From: Tubiluchus corallicola
Lineage: Eukaryota > Animalia > Priapulida
Length of the DNA stretch: 64,000 bases
Assembly (NCBI GenBank): GCA_030141605.1
Contig: JAQGDQ010000002.1
Coordinates: 248,001 to 312,000 of the forward strand
Reading direction: 5' to 3'
A model generated the notes under the pieces. That model was not told the origin of the DNA, did not search any database, and saw nothing but the letters and a program-made list of their open reading frames with translations. Numbering within the stretch: position 1 is the stretch's first letter; each line of letters opens with the position of its first letter. Below, in pieces: positions 12,701-27,700 of this stretch. A program made the translations under genes and the position numbers.

Positions 12701-15700
12701 GAAGGATTCTTTCTTATTTTCCCAATCGAATTTAGGCAAATTTATATACTACACGTAACTTCGTTTTCTATTTTATATGACACTTTTTGACAAGCTTTTA
12801 AGCTAAACCTATAATACATTACGTGAAGCTATTGGGATGCACTGTTTAAGCTTCTCCAACTTCCACAAAATGCACTTCTAACTTTTTGTTATCGCCGATA
12901 ACAAATTTTTTAAGTTATAGACTTCTGCACGAGATATTTCTGGTACAGAATGAACTAAACAAGTGGTACTGATGTTGCAGATTAATTAACAACCTGAACA
13001 ACTAAAGTTTTTTCCTTTATAGAATTGTAGAGATTCTATCTGAAACCCTGTTTTCGTCATCTGGTTGTATTCAGTCTAGGCATTAATTACTATTCTGCGA
13101 CGACGAATTACTTATTTATTTGTTTGTTAAAGAAGTGATGCAGGCGATTTCACACTGGTGAATTTTCTGTTTGAATGGTGTGGACTCCACTTACACCTTT
13201 AAAAGTATCACCTATAAAATTACTAGCGATCGCATGATTGCTTTCAACATTTTTTAAACAAGTATATAAGGCAAAGCATTAGAAAAAGTAATAGTTGCTA
13301 GATGTGATAAGTTCTTTTGCACAACCGATGCACAATTTGGTTTCAAAAAAGTCCCACGGAACTCGACTGGCAGTATTTACCTTTAAAGAAATTGTGGACA
13401 CTTACATGGACACGCCAGATTATGCGTGTCTTTTAGATGCTAGCAAGACCTTTGATATTGATTATTAGTTGCTGTTTAAAAATTACAAAAACGTGGTTTT
13501 TACAGCAACACAATAAACTTCTTAGCCACTTCAATGTTTTTATACTACATTCTTAGTATACTACTACGGTTTTTATATCGAAAGGTGTTGTTCTTTCGTC
13601 TTTATTGTTCAGTGTTTACTTTCATGAGTTATCTGTAAAATTGAATGTGTAAAAGTGTACCATATTGTCATCTTGCAGAGAATATATTATTAGTCACATA
13701 ATATTTGCTAATCACATTGTTTTATTCGTAACATCTGTTGTTGTGCGACAGGATCTTCTGAATACTTGCAGTAGTTTTACCAACTTCCCCCCCCCCCTTG
13801 ATAACGCTGCACTGCCCGTGAGAATTTAGGAGAAATATCTTGACCATATAATTTGCACTAAACTAAGCGATAACTGCAACACTTATATATGGATAAACTC
13901 TTTAATTTTAAACTTAAAATTTGCCGAATTTTTGTATATCAAACTGAATGTTGTACAATGCCAATGAACGTCAATTTTCTCTTTGGCAAACACGTGCAAC
14001 ACACTTGTGAAATGTCTGTACTGATGAAATTTATGTTCATTTGTGATGTCATCACTAGTTGGGCTCGGTCGCATTTAATTAAGTTTTTAACCTATTATTT
14101 AATTATTGGAAAAGGCTTTATCATTATCATAGGTGTTAAAATGTAAACTTTTCATAGTAATTCAAATTGGGGTCGGATATGAAAAATCATCCTGTTTTCC
14201 TTTAAAGTATGATTGCAGTACTTCATTCTACCCAATTTTAGTCACATTCGCAGAAGATATATATATATGTATGTATGTATATATAAGAGATATAATACAT
14301 ATATATATACATATAAAATACAAACACTAAAATGAAATAAAATACAATACAAAAAATACAAGATTATATATATATATAGTTACATACATATTACATATAT
14401 TATATATGTAATATAATATTACATATATTGTAGTTGTTGACGTAGTAGTTGTATTATATATGTAATATGTATGTAACTATATATATAATCTTGTATTTTG
14501 TGCATTGTATTTTATTACATACTAGTGTTTGTGTTTTATAGGGTCTTAGCTACCGAAATATAAAATTGAATTAAATTTGAATTGAGTTGAGTAATGTCGT
14601 ACACTGGTTACTGTCGGACAATGAGCTTCAGGCTTTGCTAAAGTTACAAACAATTATGTAAAATGTTTTCCTCTCTTTAATTAATAAAAAAACGAAAAAA
14701 GCAGTGTCTATACACTAATTTGTTATTTTTATAAAGGCTGAAGCTCATTGTCCGACATTGCGTATATTAGCCCATTTTGACATTTGCAGTATGATCAATC
14801 ATTAGTTATTGAGTCTAAAGCGATTAACAGCTGTTAACAATGCTTTTTACCATCTAAAAATTCGCAAAGAAATTGCAGAGCTAGTATAAGAGATACTGGT
14901 AAAAATAGTGGCTGAGTGCTTTTTGTACCCTACTGCCCAGGCCAGGATCTATCCTGGAAAGCCGTACAGGTACAGTAACTTCAAGTTTCGGGCATTGCTA
15001 CTTTTGCTATTGCAAATGTATTGGTGACATTTGCAGGTGGCAGTTCTTTTAAATAGTTTAGAAAACATGATATTTTTTCAAATTAAGGCTAGTTTTCAGT
15101 TATAGATAAAAAACAATTGGGATCGTTAATAGACTAAAATTTTATTACCTCAAATTTTCGCGTCTTTGTCGACTGTTGTTGGTCCTATGTAAAAGTATGC
15201 CTTCCTTTCCGGCAGATAGATTCATTGTTGACGGCAACGACTACTAGGTGCGCCACTGACCGCTGTCAGCAACTCACGGAAACATCTGGAGCTTTCCTTT
15301 TCCATTAAGTAAAGCACTCGAAATTTTATCACATTTTCTGATCCAGGCTCTTGGCAAAAGTTAATCCCTTTTCTGTAGAGTTCCCTTACAATTTCTGCTG
15401 ATCTATGTTCGCATCGCTACGATGTTTATTGGGTTTCAGACAGCTGAATCGTGCTTTAGATTACCAATTAAATGAAATCATGAAAACATATGTCTTCCAG
15501 TAGCACTATTAACATTACTCATCCATTTACCTCATTTACTAGTAGTACATACATACTGAAAAAGTGCTTAAGAAGAACTTGAGTACGTGTAACAATCTTA
15601 TTAATATTATTCTTAGTATACTTGGTAAAACTAATTCATGTCGCCCCCTCCCTTTCTTATAATTACTTCCCAGTAGCTAGTAGCAAAAGCCATAGACTGA

Positions 15701-18700
15701 GGATTGATTTGTTAAGCGTACAATTTTGTAATACAAGTTATCTGTTAGTTTTGCTTTATTTTTATTAGCTTTGGCAACATAAGTTTTCAAAGACAAATTG
15801 TTAGTGTAGATTTTTACACAATTTACAGTGTTTTTAAATTTTAATTTTTTTATTTTTCTATAACTAAGAAAAATTCATTCATGATCCTGGTATGGTTTTA
15901 ATGCGCTGTAGTTACATGAATGTATTCCGTTAATTAGTTTTATTTAGGCCTGTGTCTAAACCAAGCTAAGCGTAAGATTGCAGTAAAACTCCAATCGAGT
16001 ATCCAATCAGAAATACTGAAGCATTCTTTTAGAAGCGCCTAAATAGCTTTTAGAGTTTAATCGAAATACTTATCAAATAAAAACTAAAAAACTTAATGGT
16101 GGTACGTCAACAAACAATTACTTGAGTACTAAAGTCAGTTTTAACTAACAGTTTCTAAATATAATAGATATTATGCTGTTATTTAAAACAGCCCATCCTT
16201 GTACATTTGCTGGAACGAAAAAATGATCAAAATAAATCACTTTACCTAGGCTTATTACAATATTTAGCAGTACTTTTAATTGCAGTCAAACTTCATTTTC
16301 CTCGTTTGCTAAGCTGTGCTTGAGAGCGTGAAACTGAGTGACCTCCTGTGCGTACTCGGTTGTGTAGTTAAGCAACGCTGGCCTGGTTAGTAAGTAGGTT
16401 GGCGACCACCAGGAAACCATGTTCTAGATGTTTTCTTCTGTCATGTTGCTTGTCTATTTAAGATATGTATCCGAATGCGGTTACATTATATCAGCCGTTT
16501 TAACCTTTATATGTGCTCATTCTTGATATATGTCTAATTCCCGTCCTGCCAAAGCTATCAGCATTACAAGTCCCTCGTCTTGAAGTGCGAAAAGCTGCTT
16601 GAAAATTTCACGAAAAGCTTGATAACGTTGAAAGCAACCTGCGTTAGCTAAAAAGAATAGTGAAATATACATCTGTCCTTAATTTTGTACAAAGTCACCA
16701 TCAACTGAAATGCATTATTTATAAATGCCACCTTTCCGATGAAACAATTTTGCCCATTTCCCACTGCATCGCAACAATGATCCCACGAATTGAGAAGATT
16801 GAGGAAAATGGTGAACAATCTCTTTCAATTGTCGGTTTTCCTTGTGTGCAGTGAAATTAAAGCTGATATTATTGAATCATCGGCTATACTGTAAGCGGAC
16901 TTATCGACGTAATTCAACAGAATGGAATTGACGCAGACGTGTCAGCAAACACTAATCCTCGAAGATTCGCTCCATTTAAATCTTTACTTAGCAGCTTGAA
17001 GCATGCCAACGCAGTTTACCAAAGCGCCTTCTTGTCAAAAATAAGCGTTTAGAATGTCATAAATCATTGTTTAAAAATCATCGTGGCATAAATAATTCGT
17101 ATTATATGACCTCGCAAGATTTAGAGAATTTAACATTTATTTGGTACTGTTCTTGACATTTTTATGACTAAGTCATTAAATTATAATGAGGTATGAAAAA
17201 TGGAGTAACACCTTATTCAAATTTCAGCGATTAATTAAGCTGCAGAAGTGATTTTTACACGTAGTTTTCTTCCTAATAATGTGTATGTCTTTGCTGCTCG
17301 ATGTTATTGTTTGAAACGATCTATATTATATAATGCATATCTTTATTTGAATTCTTCATGACGGCAGATTCTCGATAGAAATATCCTTGTTACGAGAGAT
17401 CTTGTGTTTTGTCGTTTCCGAGCCTTTCTTGTTTTATGTATCTCATTCTATAACCTCAGCAAAAACCTAAGTGTTTAGAGTAAAAAGTCTGTATAACTAA
17501 ACTAGCAGAAACACTTCTGAGTCCAATGAAGTCAAGAAATTGAATTTTCGATGCTAGGTTTTAGAAACGAAGCAAGTTTTGTTACATTTACATTCTGTAA
17601 AAATAGCAGTTCGCAAATCACTAGCTTATAAATATTAATTTACGGAGATTATTTTAGGCTACTGATGCTTGCGGGGGTTGTGAAATTCCGAAGTAATTGT
17701 GTGGCTTTCTTTTATATTAAGCTGAGCCCTTCGATCAAGAGGTGTGCTGCTAACTGATGTAACTTTATGTCGTGATTCAAAACATATTTCAAAATTCACT
17801 GATTTCCCTCTTTATATTTTGCCTCAAAAGTTTGCAATAAAGGAAAGCGTCTGCATTCAGCAGTTAGTAAAGAAAGAGTTGTGACACATTTCTCATCGGA
17901 AATTCGATCAAGCTTCAGTGCAATCCAATTGTCAAAGAGACATGGGTCTTGCGCAACTGATTTTGTAAAAGCAATACATTCGTTCGTTTTTAGTGAAATT
18001 GGCCAAGCTATCTGAAATTCTAGAATGTAGAAACGGAAACGGAAAGAGAATTGGAAGCTGCATGTATGAGTAACTTATTAACGTGTTTCTTCTGATCGTT
18101 ATCTATAAACTGCTACACTAATACACAGTTTATGACAAATATCAGCAATGCAAAAGACTTTGATGTTAACTGGTTAGGATTTTCACGTAACACGTTAAAA
18201 CTCATTTATTTTTAAACGATGAAGTCTTCTTTTTTTATACATTAGATGAGCCTGTTGATATCATATTTTATAAACGAGATTATCTTAAGCAAAATCCACA
18301 TAACTCGACACATATTCTTTTCTGTTAGGTGAATTATAGAAGTTGTTGTTTTTCCATGAATTCGATTCACGTGTGACACGCATTCACCCATGAGGTAAAT
18401 GACCTAAAGCTAATTAGCTGAATGATACGAAGAAAATTAGCGAGTACACATACACACAGGCACACGTTAGTTGTGGTTGACATAGACGTGCTTCTACTAC
18501 TTGACAAATGGCAACAGCTAAAATACTGCAGCTAAAATACATCAATCTTCAGCTTAGTAGATCGAACACGGAACTTGTCGTGTAACGAACGAATCAAAAT
18601 TTGTCTCGCCATTGCGTGATACGGAATTTGTTCAGCTTTATCTTGCTTAGTGTCCAAATTTGTTTCCCTGTATCTCGGAAACTGTCTTTTTGTTAATTTG

Positions 18701-21700
18701 TTAGTTTTATTAACTTGAAATAATAAAAACCATATCTCGTCTGTACCAAGGGCAGTACTGCTAGGTATCACTATGTCTGCGTAGGTACTTCATAAACTAG
18801 TGTGAATTGAATATAATCCCATTGTTGGTTAGATTTGCTAGAATACGCTTAATGTTTTAAGCGTAGAAAACCTTAGCTTGAATAAAGAAACAGTGAAAGT
18901 AGATGTTTGTGTCCTGGAATATAAGCATTACTTTGAAAAGTGGTTTATTCGACGTAAACACATTAATCTCAAGAGATTATTAATGTCACATACACGGTAA
19001 CTTAATGACGCCGAACTGACGTTTTTCCACGTTTTGCTGAATAATATCGGTCCATTATTATTTCTACGTATTTGGTGCACACGCTTCGGTCAATCAATAG
19101 GCGCTATCACGTTATTACTACTAGCCTAAGTCGAAACGTGCGAAAATTTTTTGAATGAAAACCTTTTTGTCAAACGCAAACAAGAACTGTGCACGTCATT
19201 TCAATAAATCAGAGAGAAGACGATTTCAATGCGTGAAAGCCTTTTATAAAAATATAACTTGGATTTAGCTTTATTAATACTTATGAGTAGTACGCGTGAA
19301 ACTACGCGTATAATGTTTGACTCTGTTTGTCAGCAGTAAGAAGGCTGATGGATGAACAACTCGGTATAGTAAAGTACCAACAAGTTAGACTCGAACTATT
19401 GGTCAACTGAATTCGACATGGTGAACGAAAAATCTGACTGTTAATAGATGCGAAATTTGTTCAAGCATATACGTTCACGAAATTCATGACGATCTGTTAA
19501 AAAAATCCAATCCCGTCAGTCGATGCAGAATTCGTGACACGATGTTCCTCTAACGTTTCATGACGATCCGTTGCGAACTCGTAGAGCCCTTTCACCAATA
19601 AGTCGTCCCCTAACAACAAGAACAACACCATGCAGATGATTAGCTCTCGACCAAAAATTTATTTGCAAACGTCAGAAACTTGCAATTTTCACTTACTATC
19701 ATATAATTCTGCCGTCTTTCCTTTAATCCTTGTCCGCTTCAAACTTACAGAAAATCGTTTCTGTAGAGCTTGCTCAAAACTTAGGAAAGTAGGCCTACCG
19801 TGAAAATATAAACATTAACCCTATGCGCGCAAGGCAGACGTTCTGGCTTGTTTCAGATCTGATTAGTGAAAATGTTCACACAGTAAGAAAAGTCAGGGCC
19901 TGTCATTGCTTTTCCATAACTACATGTGAAGTGATCTAAGAAACCCACGCAGCAGCAGCAGCAGCAGGAACGCCTCGCGGACCTAATCAAGCATTTTTAT
20001 TACAAACTGGTAGAGGCCGTAGAGCATTTTTATAGCACAGTGGATGCAAATTGAGTGCGTACCCAAATGTAAGTCGTTTTAGGGTTGAAACGGACTGAAA
20101 ATGCCAGGACGTATCTTCGACTCCCTTTTCAGTACTTACAGCCAATTTAAAATTCGGAAAACTTAAGGAAATTTTCAATAGATGAATTAGTTTCATTTTT
20201 ATAACACTTTACTAAATTTAATTTTGTAACTATAATTATTAATAACATAAACAAGATTTAAGATTGTAGTATAAAGACTGCAAGGAGGACTCATCTACAC
20301 TATACTAACATTGAAGTAGCATTGAGAGTGTGAAATTAGTTTGTTAATACTTGTTCGTTATTCGGAATTTGAAAGACTAATTAAACAATCTAATTTTTGT
20401 TTGTTAGAGCAAAATCATTGACCAGTTACGTTCCATAGATTATAAATTTGGATGCTCTTGGTATCAAGCTTAATGCGTTTGACAAACATCTAGATAATAT
20501 TGGGCCATAAATTAGAACTAGCCAATTTTGATTTTATGAGAGAACAATAAACTTGGCCTGTTACTATAAACTGTCAAGAAAGTTGAGCGCATGACAAGCG
20601 CGGTGACATTTTTCTTTGCGCAATTTCTAGTTACTTTATTATTAAGTTTCGGTTTTCCCTTATTAACTCTCGATATTAAGGGAAACGACCAATGGTGTAA
20701 TCAATCCACAGTTATCCAAAAAAATCGTTTCTATGCTTTGAGAAATTTAAGATTAATTTTTGTTCATTGACGACTACAGGTTTAAACGTGAATAATATTG
20801 AATGAACTGGCAAACTGATGCTGTCCAGAGTTAAATCCATAGTTAATTTAGTTCCATTCTTATCAAGGACTTTCTGAGGAAACAGAAAATGCAAATTTGT
20901 TCGAGACACGCTTTATCCTCATAGGGCTGATACTGCTCCCGCTCTTGACGTTGCTCATCACGTATGTATTGCTTGTTTCCACTTCCCGCTCTACTTCCGG
21001 CAAGCATGATCAGCTGATGATTTACTCTGAACTATCATCACGCAAATGATATGTTTTTTAATCATTGAAGCTATAAAGGGTAAAATTATATTCAAAACAA
21101 TATTAGTAGTAGAAGGGCATCCATTTCTTCTTAAGCAAAATCGGACCCAAGCATAAACTATAGGTCAAAACAATCTACTCTTTAAAATGTTGAAAGGAAA
21201 CATACGTTTTTTTTAAAATTAACTTACGTGAAAGAATTATTACCGCATAAACACAATTTCACATTCGCGCCACTAGTTCTTCGCTATTACATGCATTTCG
21301 CCTTGACTAGTTAGACGGACACTACCCTCTGCATTTCGGAAACGCATTGCACAAAAACAGGTGCTGTACCGCTCAGTTCAGGTGTGTTAGTTTGTGACAA
21401 ACTACACACGTTCGACAGCTCATGCGTGAGCACAGCGGTAAATTTGAAATTTGAATAGTTTTAGTACAGCACACTGAATATCTTACAGTAACACTGTACT
21501 TCAATTTGCGCTTTCGCAGACACGCTCGTGGAATATAACTGCTGTTGAAAATTATATTAATTTGTGATATCATCAATAGTTGGACTCACCTGCCGTTAAT
21601 TAAATTTTTAATCTATTATTTAATTATCAAAAACGCTTTTGCAGTGTTAATTATGTTAAAAATATATAGTTTTTATCAGACTTGAAAATAGGGTAGTATA

Positions 21701-24700
21701 TGAGAAATCATCCTGTCTTCCTTTAATAGTTTCTCTTTCTTGTCCAAAAGAATGGTTTCACGTACTTATTCCTACATATCAACATACAGCACCTATTTAT
21801 TATTTGCTAAAGTTATAAAGTAGAAACTAGCGTGAATTAAAGTTGAAATAAAAAATATGTGTCGTCGTCTCGCTATTCGAGGTTTTCTGGCTCTCATAAC
21901 AGTTTATCCTAGCACATGTTGCATACAATTACGGCTTTACGTTGACATCAGTGTCGTCGCTGTCGACATCATAGTCATCATTGTGGTTGTCACTTGTCGT
22001 AGGCGTCATCTTCTCATTTCTTACTTTAAGGGGGCGTACAGCATTTTTAAGATGATTACCGATGTAAAATATTATCTTGTTGAGCATTTTCCATAGCACT
22101 GTAACGACGCATTATTTGTTGTCAAAGCGAAAGAGTTCTTGGTATAAAAGATAAAATGCATTACTTATGGAACAAGCCTACACCACTGGCTCATTTGTGA
22201 TTTTTCCCCATCAATTGAATAGTAGGTGTTACATTCATAACATTCGTCTTTCGATCGTTTGTAAATCACTAAACTGATGAATCATTACAAAGCCATGCAG
22301 TTTAATGTGTAGTGACAAAATGCTTCATAATTTATTAAAAGTCTAATGTAAATTGAATTTAATCTGTGAAAATCAGTAGACAATATTGTAAACGGAAAAA
22401 AAACAATTGAATCGACATTTAATGAACTTCTATTGAATTGCAGTTTGACTACACCTACAAATAGAGGGGAAACGCGCGTGATTGTGCACAAGCTAATTAA
22501 CGAAGAGCATCAAAGCACAAAGATAATAACAGCTGTACGTGAACCAAGTAATTAGTAGAGAAGAAAATCTTTTCAACCTTAATTGCACCGCCTCGGTATA
22601 GTATATCTAGATATCAACATAAATAAAGAGAATTTTGTGGATAAGAAAATTCAGGTTAGTTCATACATTTTCGGCGACAGAATCGGCTGTGTCATGTGAC
22701 AGTTCTAGAAAAGGATAGCAATGTAGCAGTTTAAACATTATGATATAATGTGGCAATGCATAAACGTTAGCGAATAACTGCTGGATACTCGTTAAGAATA
22801 CTAGCTGCTTAATACTAACTCCAACAGCAGCTGCATAAATTAACGGTCGTAAAATTAAAAATTTATCAAGTTATATTTTCCTACAAATTTCTGTTGAAGA
22901 TGATGAAAAGTTTACTTGTTTATTTTTAGCGATAAAGCACATATACACGTAGCGCAGGTTGTCGAAACCTAGCAGTTCTTATTTATTAAAAAAATTGAAA
23001 GAAGATTTTCTTTGAGTGCTTAATTTATTTGAAAATGCTTTGTGGTTGTATTTTCTAAAATTGCTCCTCGGGTAGCTTCTGAGCTACTTAGTTCAAAAAA
23101 ATGTTAGATTCTTGGAAATGATTAAATCAACAAAAAAGCTGTATAGCAGCTTTGTAAATCAAGAGATTCAGTATGACCTTTTCCACACAGCCATGTTGAC
23201 AAAGTAAATCTCCAATGAGCATGGCTTCCTAAACCATTATTTACATAGGTAAGGTTATAATAATAGAATGCCATAACTTGTATGTAAACATGCCTGATGA
23301 ATATTTATACAGCTTAAACGTCCTTGCAATAAAGGTTGTGTGCTTGGTACTTGAAGAATAATAAACGTAATCCTGTGACAAAAGGTCCATGTTGCAATAA
23401 GTTTTGATAACATAGTTTTGCAGTTTTGTGTCTATATGTAGTCGGATTCTGAAAGCCACTTTATTTAAGCTCAGGACTCGCAGTGCCATTCATTTCACTT
23501 TTTTTATACAGTCTAGTTCTACCTTCTCCCTTATATTTTCAAGTTTTTGGTTACAACAATAAAAAGTTTAGTCATGGGATATTATAGTCCAACATATAAG
23601 CCAGAAATGCAAATAGATAATAAAAAAAAACAGTGAAACATTACGCAAATTTAAACATACTTGTGGTCTCGTTTTTATCTATCCTTTCTCCTCTTTTATA
23701 ATCTCTTATCTTTCCTTTATTCTCTATTCACCATTGTGCTATATTGTCCCTGTACATAAACTAAATATATAAACCTACACTTCACCGCGTACTGTGCAGT
23801 TATAACAGTGATTTTACATTTTATATTTAATTATTCACGCTTTTGCAATATACATAAAAACTGTATTATTGTTAAAATTGTTCATGCTGCTACAGAACGT
23901 GCATGTCTACTGTAAGGTTTCCAGTTCGAATCCGATTTGGAGACTCTTAATGTCACTTTCTGTTTTTTAGCAACCAAATATTTTAAGGTGCACTGGTAGC
24001 TAAGATAATTGACTTTTAAATTATTTTAACGACTCGAAAAAAAGTTTTTAAGTTTGTAACGGTCATACTGGTAACGGTAATACAGCTTTTAGATTGGTTT
24101 TGATTTGCTGACATGTCTCTATTTATTGGACCGTCTGTGACGTGTTTAGACCAAGAAATTGCGCTCTGAATCACTTATAAAGCTTCGCATGAAGCTTATC
24201 GTCTATCTTATAGCCTCGTCAACGTATAACGGACGAATACAAATTGGTTTATACTGTAAGGAACTTTAAAACCTTTAACTGGCTTCACTTCTTAGACATA
24301 ACATGGAGATAGGAAGGGAGGTATGAAAGTGCAATCGAAAATGTCTATGGTTTTACTTCCTACATCATCAATAAAGTACATATGTTCAGAAGAAACAAAT
24401 TCGTAGTCGACGGTCTGAATGTTGAGTAATTATAACAATGTTTATCACCATTCTCCATAGGTTAGCTAATAATGGTTCCTGGAGAATACCATGAGCTGTT
24501 GCAAACTCTGTAGAGTTAGAAAATAGAACAACTCCAGCTTAAATTTAGCTCTTGTTGTGAAATGTTCTTTGGGGTACAGCCTAATAGCCTTATAGAGCAG
24601 AGTAAGGTCTAGAACTGGAAATAGGTTTGTTGCATGGGAGGGAGGAGGGGAGGTGAGAGTGCCGCGTTTACAGAACCCTATCTCTACATAGAAACGTGAG

Positions 24701-27700
24701 AAATCGGAAGAATTTGTTGATTAAAATTAATAAGTTACTATAGTTTAAAGTCCACACTTCACCCGAGAACACACGTAGCATGCAAAAAAAATTATATTCT
24801 TAGAGAAAACGTTTAAAACGTCTTTAAAAGTTACAGTATTACAGAAAAATAATTAGGTCAGTTAAAGTCGCAAAAAGTTTCTCATATTTTTGTGCTAATT
24901 TAAAAGTAGGAATTTTATTAACGCATTAACAATAAAAATAAGAAAATTATTGTACACTTATTAAAACAAATTAAACATTCCACACAAATGATTAATTTAC
25001 AATGAATCAGAAAAATAAGACCGCGCGTGAGTGTCGTGAGCGGTCAAGGCTAAGTATCAATACAAAATTATTACCTTTTCTTACGTATAGTATGATGAAG
25101 TAACTTTACCAAAAATTACCTTAAAAAGCCTTAAAAAAAGTCACTGAAGCGCACCCACTTTTCCAACATTAATACGTCGGACAACTATATACTTGCACTA
25201 CTCACTGTAAACCATTACATACACAGTTTAGTATAAAGACAAATTCAGTGAACTTAAAGCCAAGTACAACATCAACAAATCACAGCAGTAGACATGCCTA
25301 AAACTAAATACAAGTAAAATACTAAATACTAACTAAACTAAATACAGTTAAAAAGTCTTGCTATAACAATTTGATATAAGAGCCCTCTTATATTGTTTAG
25401 GCACAGACATACGTAAATAACTTAAATGATAATACTGCAGTTGTGACTCTCTTTATATTCAATTGTTTTACTGTAGTTGGATATTCTTTACCCGGAGGTA
25501 TTTCCTGAGAAATCAAACGTTTGTTTTCATTGGTATAGTATTGCATAAAAATAAGTCTAGCAAAACATTTCTTATATAATTTTTTTTAAAAAATACAGCG
25601 TGTCGTAGAAAATTATCAGTATCATAGTTTTACATTGTATAAGCTACACATTTATTTAACATTGCATCATTAATGTATTGCTGTATGTATTAAGTTAAAA
25701 CTTTGACTACAACTCGAGGCCGAATGATGAAAAGGCGTATTTTAAAACAAAAGATTAAAATCATCACAACAGCGTTACATGCGCTGTTATGTGTATTTGG
25801 TTGCCCATTAATTATGTAAAGGTATGGCTTATTATTGCCCATTTTTGTAACCGTTATTGAAGTACAAAGTAGGTCTGCCTTGCACGGCTTGCAGCACGAA
25901 CCTTTGCGCGTTTGTTGAATAAAATAAAATAAACAAGCATTGAAAATTTGTGCCTTGCAGGCAGATTGAAGGATAAATTTGCAAGTTCCACAATGCTGGT
26001 GCCACATCTCCTGTCTACGTGCACGCATATATCTGACTTCAAACAAATTTTGTAGCCATGCAAGCAGCATCCAAGATAATGAAGGGGAAACTCAGGAGGA
26101 AAGGCGTGCGGTTCACAGTGAAGCAAATTATTTACACGGTGTAATTTTTCTCCGCGTGAAATTCAAGATTTTAAAAGCAAGGAAGACAGACGACCGTTCC
26201 ACAAATTATTTCAGAATTTCAGCAGGAATGTGAGACGTGTCTCTGGTAGAACTGTATTTATCAGCATAGCTTTCTGAGCCATGTAAAGGAATTCATAAAA
26301 ATGAAAAACGCCTTTTAAACGTTTTGTCTTGGAGATAGGAGAGGTCATTTAGCAGTAATATCAAGATAAAACTAAAGGTATTCATTACTAACCAAGCATA
26401 ATCTGAAGTTAAAGTTAAATTTTTCGCAGACAACTAAGAATAAAATATAATATATGAGAATCGAAACATAATGCCTAATAATTTAGCTATTAATTGTATT
26501 ATGGTGACTACATATATATAAACGACCCTGGGGTTATTGTGCAGTTGTAATAAGAAACAAACAACCTAGCTGCATTATTGTGTAGAAAAAAAGAGTATGC
26601 ATAACAAGTTCCATTCGAAATGCTGGTCGAGATACTCGCTGAACTGAAAATCGGAACGTCAATGCCGGTATCTTGAATTTAAAGTCGCATATCAAAAAAT
26701 CCCATTCTGTCTGCTCGCATTAAATAAAGTTATGATTTTATTAGTGTGCGCGCAAGAGACCCACGGACTAATCTTTCACAGTTGCAACAGCTGATCTGCG
26801 CTATCTAGAACGGCAATGTCATTATTTGCATGCCATACGCATACTCCCACTGCAATTAAAGTAATGATCACACGTCCGGGAAGCCTTGTAGACTGGTACT
26901 ATTGCACGTAATAGCTTGGTCATTTAGACCTAAATAAATTGAAATAACTTATAACATATACAATTTAATTTAATTTAGTTTATTCTTTTATTTCAGCTCG
27001 TAGACATACATACGTACGTCCGTCCGTCCGTCCTTCCGTCCGTCCGTCCGTACGTACGTACGTACATACATACATACATACATACATACATACATACATA
27101 CATACATACATACATACATACATACATACATACATACATACATACATACATACATACATACATACATACATACATACATACATACATACATACATACATA
27201 CAAAAATAGTCTTAAGCCATATAATACAATACACAGAAAATATAAAAAACTTAGTTACATAGATAAAAAACACAATTTACGAGTTAAGAAAGATTAAAGA
27301 GAAAGTTGATTAAAAAGGTCATTTACGTAAATGATACATTTATAAAAAATACATTAAAATTTCATTCCAGTGGGCAAAAATGTCTAAATTAATAAAAGCA
27401 TCAGAGTGGAGAACAACATGGATTAAAATATTATTGACAGAATTAAAAAATTTGAGTTCTAGGCTTACAGACACTTTTATGCGTGATAACTTTAAAATGG
27501 TAGATATTGTTCTGTACACAGATTGCGGAGGCTCGAGTGCCGCCTCTAAATTTAAAAAAATTACCAAGGCAGTATAGTGTGCAGCTTTCAACTTATTAAA
27601 ATTGTGTACATTATATTTAATCCATAGATTAGAACAATAACACGACGAGCAGTAGAAACTGAGTAGAATACGTTTAACGTCAGATGTACAGAGTGATAAA

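Noticed and set aside
16330-16430. Functional 5S rRNA gene
   Set aside because: The 5' half does not match 5S and box C is degenerate; treated as SINE-like or pseudogene.
20676-21726. Kolobok-like element with TTAA ends (a related end occurs near 14160-14207)
   Set aside because: Terminal similarity is too short and imperfect to fix boundaries by eye.
25690-26233. Cluster of three overlapping ORFs
   Set aside because: No motif, and the composition is typical of non-coding DNA.
26980-27273. MYVC-repeat ORFs (also the HT/VC-repeat ORFs near 32.3 and 35.9 kb)
   Set aside because: Translations of microsatellites.
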